From: a virus
Lineage: Duplodnaviria > Caudoviricetes
Strand: one strand, 5' to 3'
Length of the DNA stretch: 64,000 bases
Virus record (IMG/VR): IMGVR_UViG_3300005512_000025
Span: 1,863 to 65,862 of that record
The position numbers were made by a program, and so were the translations under genes. Below, piece by piece: positions 62,242 to 64,000 of the stretch; position 1 is the first letter of the stretch; each line of letters starts with the position of its first letter. Under the pieces are notes generated by a model. That model was not told where the DNA came from, ran no database searches, and saw only the letters and a list, made by a program, of their open reading frames with translations.

Positions 62242-63291
62242 TTACCAGTTATTTCCGCTCTTGACCTTCATCCACCAGCCGTCGGCGCCAGATCCGTCGA
62301 TCATCCAACGCTTCATCAGGTTTTCACGGGTGTAGCGCTGATCCTTGCCCGCCACAGGACCGTTGTCTATGTTGTATCCGCCGCGAACCAGGTCAAGCTG
62401 CCCGAACGGGTCATGTACATGGAAATACTTCTCGTCATAGCCGATCAAGGTGATCCAGTGGCCGCCGCCAGTTGGGTGCCAGACATTGCCTTTATGCAGG
62501 ATGCCGACGGGGGTGGGAATACCCTTGTCCAGCTGGTCCAGCAAGGCCTGCTCGGTGCCGTTCGTATGGAACTCGACGTCAAAGCCAAGCGATTCGGCCG
62601 CGGCAACCTGTGCTGTCGAGGACACGGTATCGCCGTACTTGAAGACATGGCTGATGTACCAGTCGTCATCTCCAGCAATTGCATCGGGATCGATGTAATC
62701 CAGCGTCATTGCCATCGCACTGGAGAAACACATCCGCTCTCCGTGGCCTGTCTTGCTGTCTCGCTGGTAGAAGTAGGGCACATCCAGGGGAAATGTTACC
62801 AGATCGTCCTCTACGGCCTCTACAAGCACCTCGGAGGGCTCGGAGAGGTATCCAAGACACGCGAGGTCAGCCTCAGCTTGACGACGCTTCACGAGACCCT
62901 GAAGCACACCTGAGCCACCCTTGTTCCAGCGAGGCAGCTCCTTCTGGTACACCCAGCAACGGGGTTCATCAGCCAGCAGGCGCCTGCGCAGAGTAGAAGT
63001 TTCCAGCGAATGCACTCCAACATTGAAGGCAAAGCTGACGAGGGCATCGAATTCACTCTGGCTGAGCTCGATGGGCAGTAGGGACTCCACGGCACGCTCG
63101 AAGCTGTCCAGATCCGACCGCAGGATCATTTCGGCCTGGTCCTCGGTAATGACGTCACCAGGACGTACGCCACCAGTGTGGCCATAGCCAATTGTCCACG
63201 GCTCCCCGCCTGTCCCAGGATCGGCGTACGCGTGTAAGCGCAGCCCCTCGTGGGATTTAATCAGCGAGATGCCGTGGTCAGAGGTTCTCAT
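62242..63291 (-). CDS. Endolysin: GH24 lysozyme plus C39-like peptidase domain
   Basis: HEGLRLHAYADPG...WTIGYGHT; VPYFYQRD...CFSS...GGHWI...HDPFG. Confidence 0.9.
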   Translation of the reverse strand: MRTSDHGISLIKSHEGLRLHAYADPGTGGEPWTIGYGHTGGVRPGDVITEDQAEMILRSDLDSFERAVESLLPIELSQSEFDALVSFAFNVGVHSLETSTLRRRLLADEPRCWVYQKELPRWNKGGSGVLQGLVKRRQAEADLACLGYLSEPSEVLVEAVEDDLVTFPLDVPYFYQRDSKTGHGERMCFSSAMAMTLDYIDPDAIAGDDDWYISHVFKYGDTVSSTAQVAAAESLGFDVEFHTNGTEQALLDQLDKGIPTPVGILHKGNVWHPTGGGHWITLIGYDEKYFHVHDPFGQLDLVRGGYNIDNGPVAGKDQRYTRENLMKRWMIDGSGADGWWMKVKSGNNW

Positions 63292-63318
63292 TACCAGTCG
63301 TAAGCTGGGCTAGGATGC

Positions 63319-64000
63319 CTACGCTTGCTCCAGAGCAGAAAGACGAGCTTCTAAGTCACTGTTCTGAGTCTCCAGTGCCTCGATCCGCGCCATTGCCTCT
63401 TGAAGTGCTTTGACAGACTTCATGTAGAGGACGGAGTAGTTGACAGACTTCAAGCCGTCCTCATCGGTGTCGACCAGGCCTGGGGAGACCTCTTCAACCT
63501 GCTGTGCGATAACACCAAGCTGTTTGTGGGTCTGATGACCAGTCTCTTCCTTAAAGTTATAGTTAACGATTTCGATGTCCTTGATGTTGTCCCACTGTTC
63601 AGAGGCAGGAACGATGTTCTCCTTCAGGGTGATGTCGGAGATGGCACCGTAGGAGTTGTTGATATTTTGAACGTCGCCGTTTGAGTAAACCTGCATCGAC
63701 ACTGTGAATTGACCTACTGCTGTGGCCGTGTGGCCGACAATAAATGGCCTAGCAATTGTGCCAGCCGTATCCTCTGTTGTCGCATAAAGCGCATTCTGGG
63801 TTCCTTGAATTACAGTTAAGCCATCCCTATCAATCCTCATCCGCTCCGTCGGGCTGCTGCTTCCGTCGGCAGTAACCGAGAACACTAATCTTGTCGGTTT
63901 ATCACCAGAACCGTGGTCTAAATCAGCTTCAGCTTCAATCCTGGCACCTTCTTCCCACACATTGCCACCTTTACTGAAGAATCGGATTAAACCTAAGTTT
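63319..64000 (-). CDS. Tail fibre C-terminus with peptidase S74 intramolecular chaperone (continues beyond window)
   Basis: SDITLKENI...LGVIAQQVEEVSPGLV...VNYSVLYMKSVKALQE coiled coil. Confidence 0.9.
   Translation of the reverse strand, partial: NLGLIRFFSKGGNVWEEGARIEAEADLDHGSGDKPTRLVFSVTADGSSSPTERMRIDRDGLTVIQGTQNALYATTEDTAGTIARPFIVGHTATAVGQFTVSMQVYSNGDVQNINNSYGAISDITLKENIVPASEQWDNIKDIEIVNYNFKEETGHQTHKQLGVIAQQVEEVSPGLVDTDEDGLKSVNYSVLYMKSVKALQEAMARIEALETQNSDLEARLSALEQA

Noticed and set aside
1-64000. tRNA genes or a suppressor tRNA; genome-wide TAG recoding
   Set aside because: No cloverleaf with a T-loop GTTCRA found by eye; many genes end properly at TAG and no other gene is interrupted, so the code is standard. 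tRNAscan-SE would confirm.

Overview
The window is most of a ~55% GC tailed dsDNA phage genome. Gene content (two sigma factors, class II RNR, dcd, thyX, phycobilin-lyase-like, CP12-like and DUF4278 genes) points to a cyanobacterial siphovirus of the P-SS2/S-CBS2 general type. Layout: 1-27 kb is a mostly minus-strand virion module (fibres, three capsid-decoration paralogs, major capsid, scaffold, two Cys-rich proteins, tail hub, tape measure, tail tube, frameshifted tail chaperone, head-tail genes, two HNH genes). 27.2-30.6 kb is a plus-strand early-gene island built from repeated promoter/stem-loop cassettes inside dense non-coding motifs. 31-38.8 kb holds small minus-strand early genes. 38.9-58 kb holds portal, nucleotide metabolism, primase, sigma factors, terminase and recombination genes. 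58.8-61.9 kb holds an origin-like element, initiator and DnaB helicase; endolysin and a fibre gene close the window. No tRNA, rRNA, CRISPR array, integrase or clear repressor was seen. Top observations: (1) the tail tube gene continues in frame past an amber codon into an 85-aa domain; (2) a glutamine-II (Downstream-peptide)-like riboswitch precedes a DUF4278-like peptide; (3) the early island carries host-type LexA, Fur-like and HLR1/RpaB-like operators and is bracketed by inverted motif pairs; (4) two origin-like elements with identical motif spacing lie 28 kb apart; (5) a genome-wide late promoter motif GGNANNCTAR; (6) a DUF3310 protein carrying an IF2 N-terminal domain; (7) a SAM-lyase-like early gene. 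All family assignments are by eye from sequence motifs; no database search was run.
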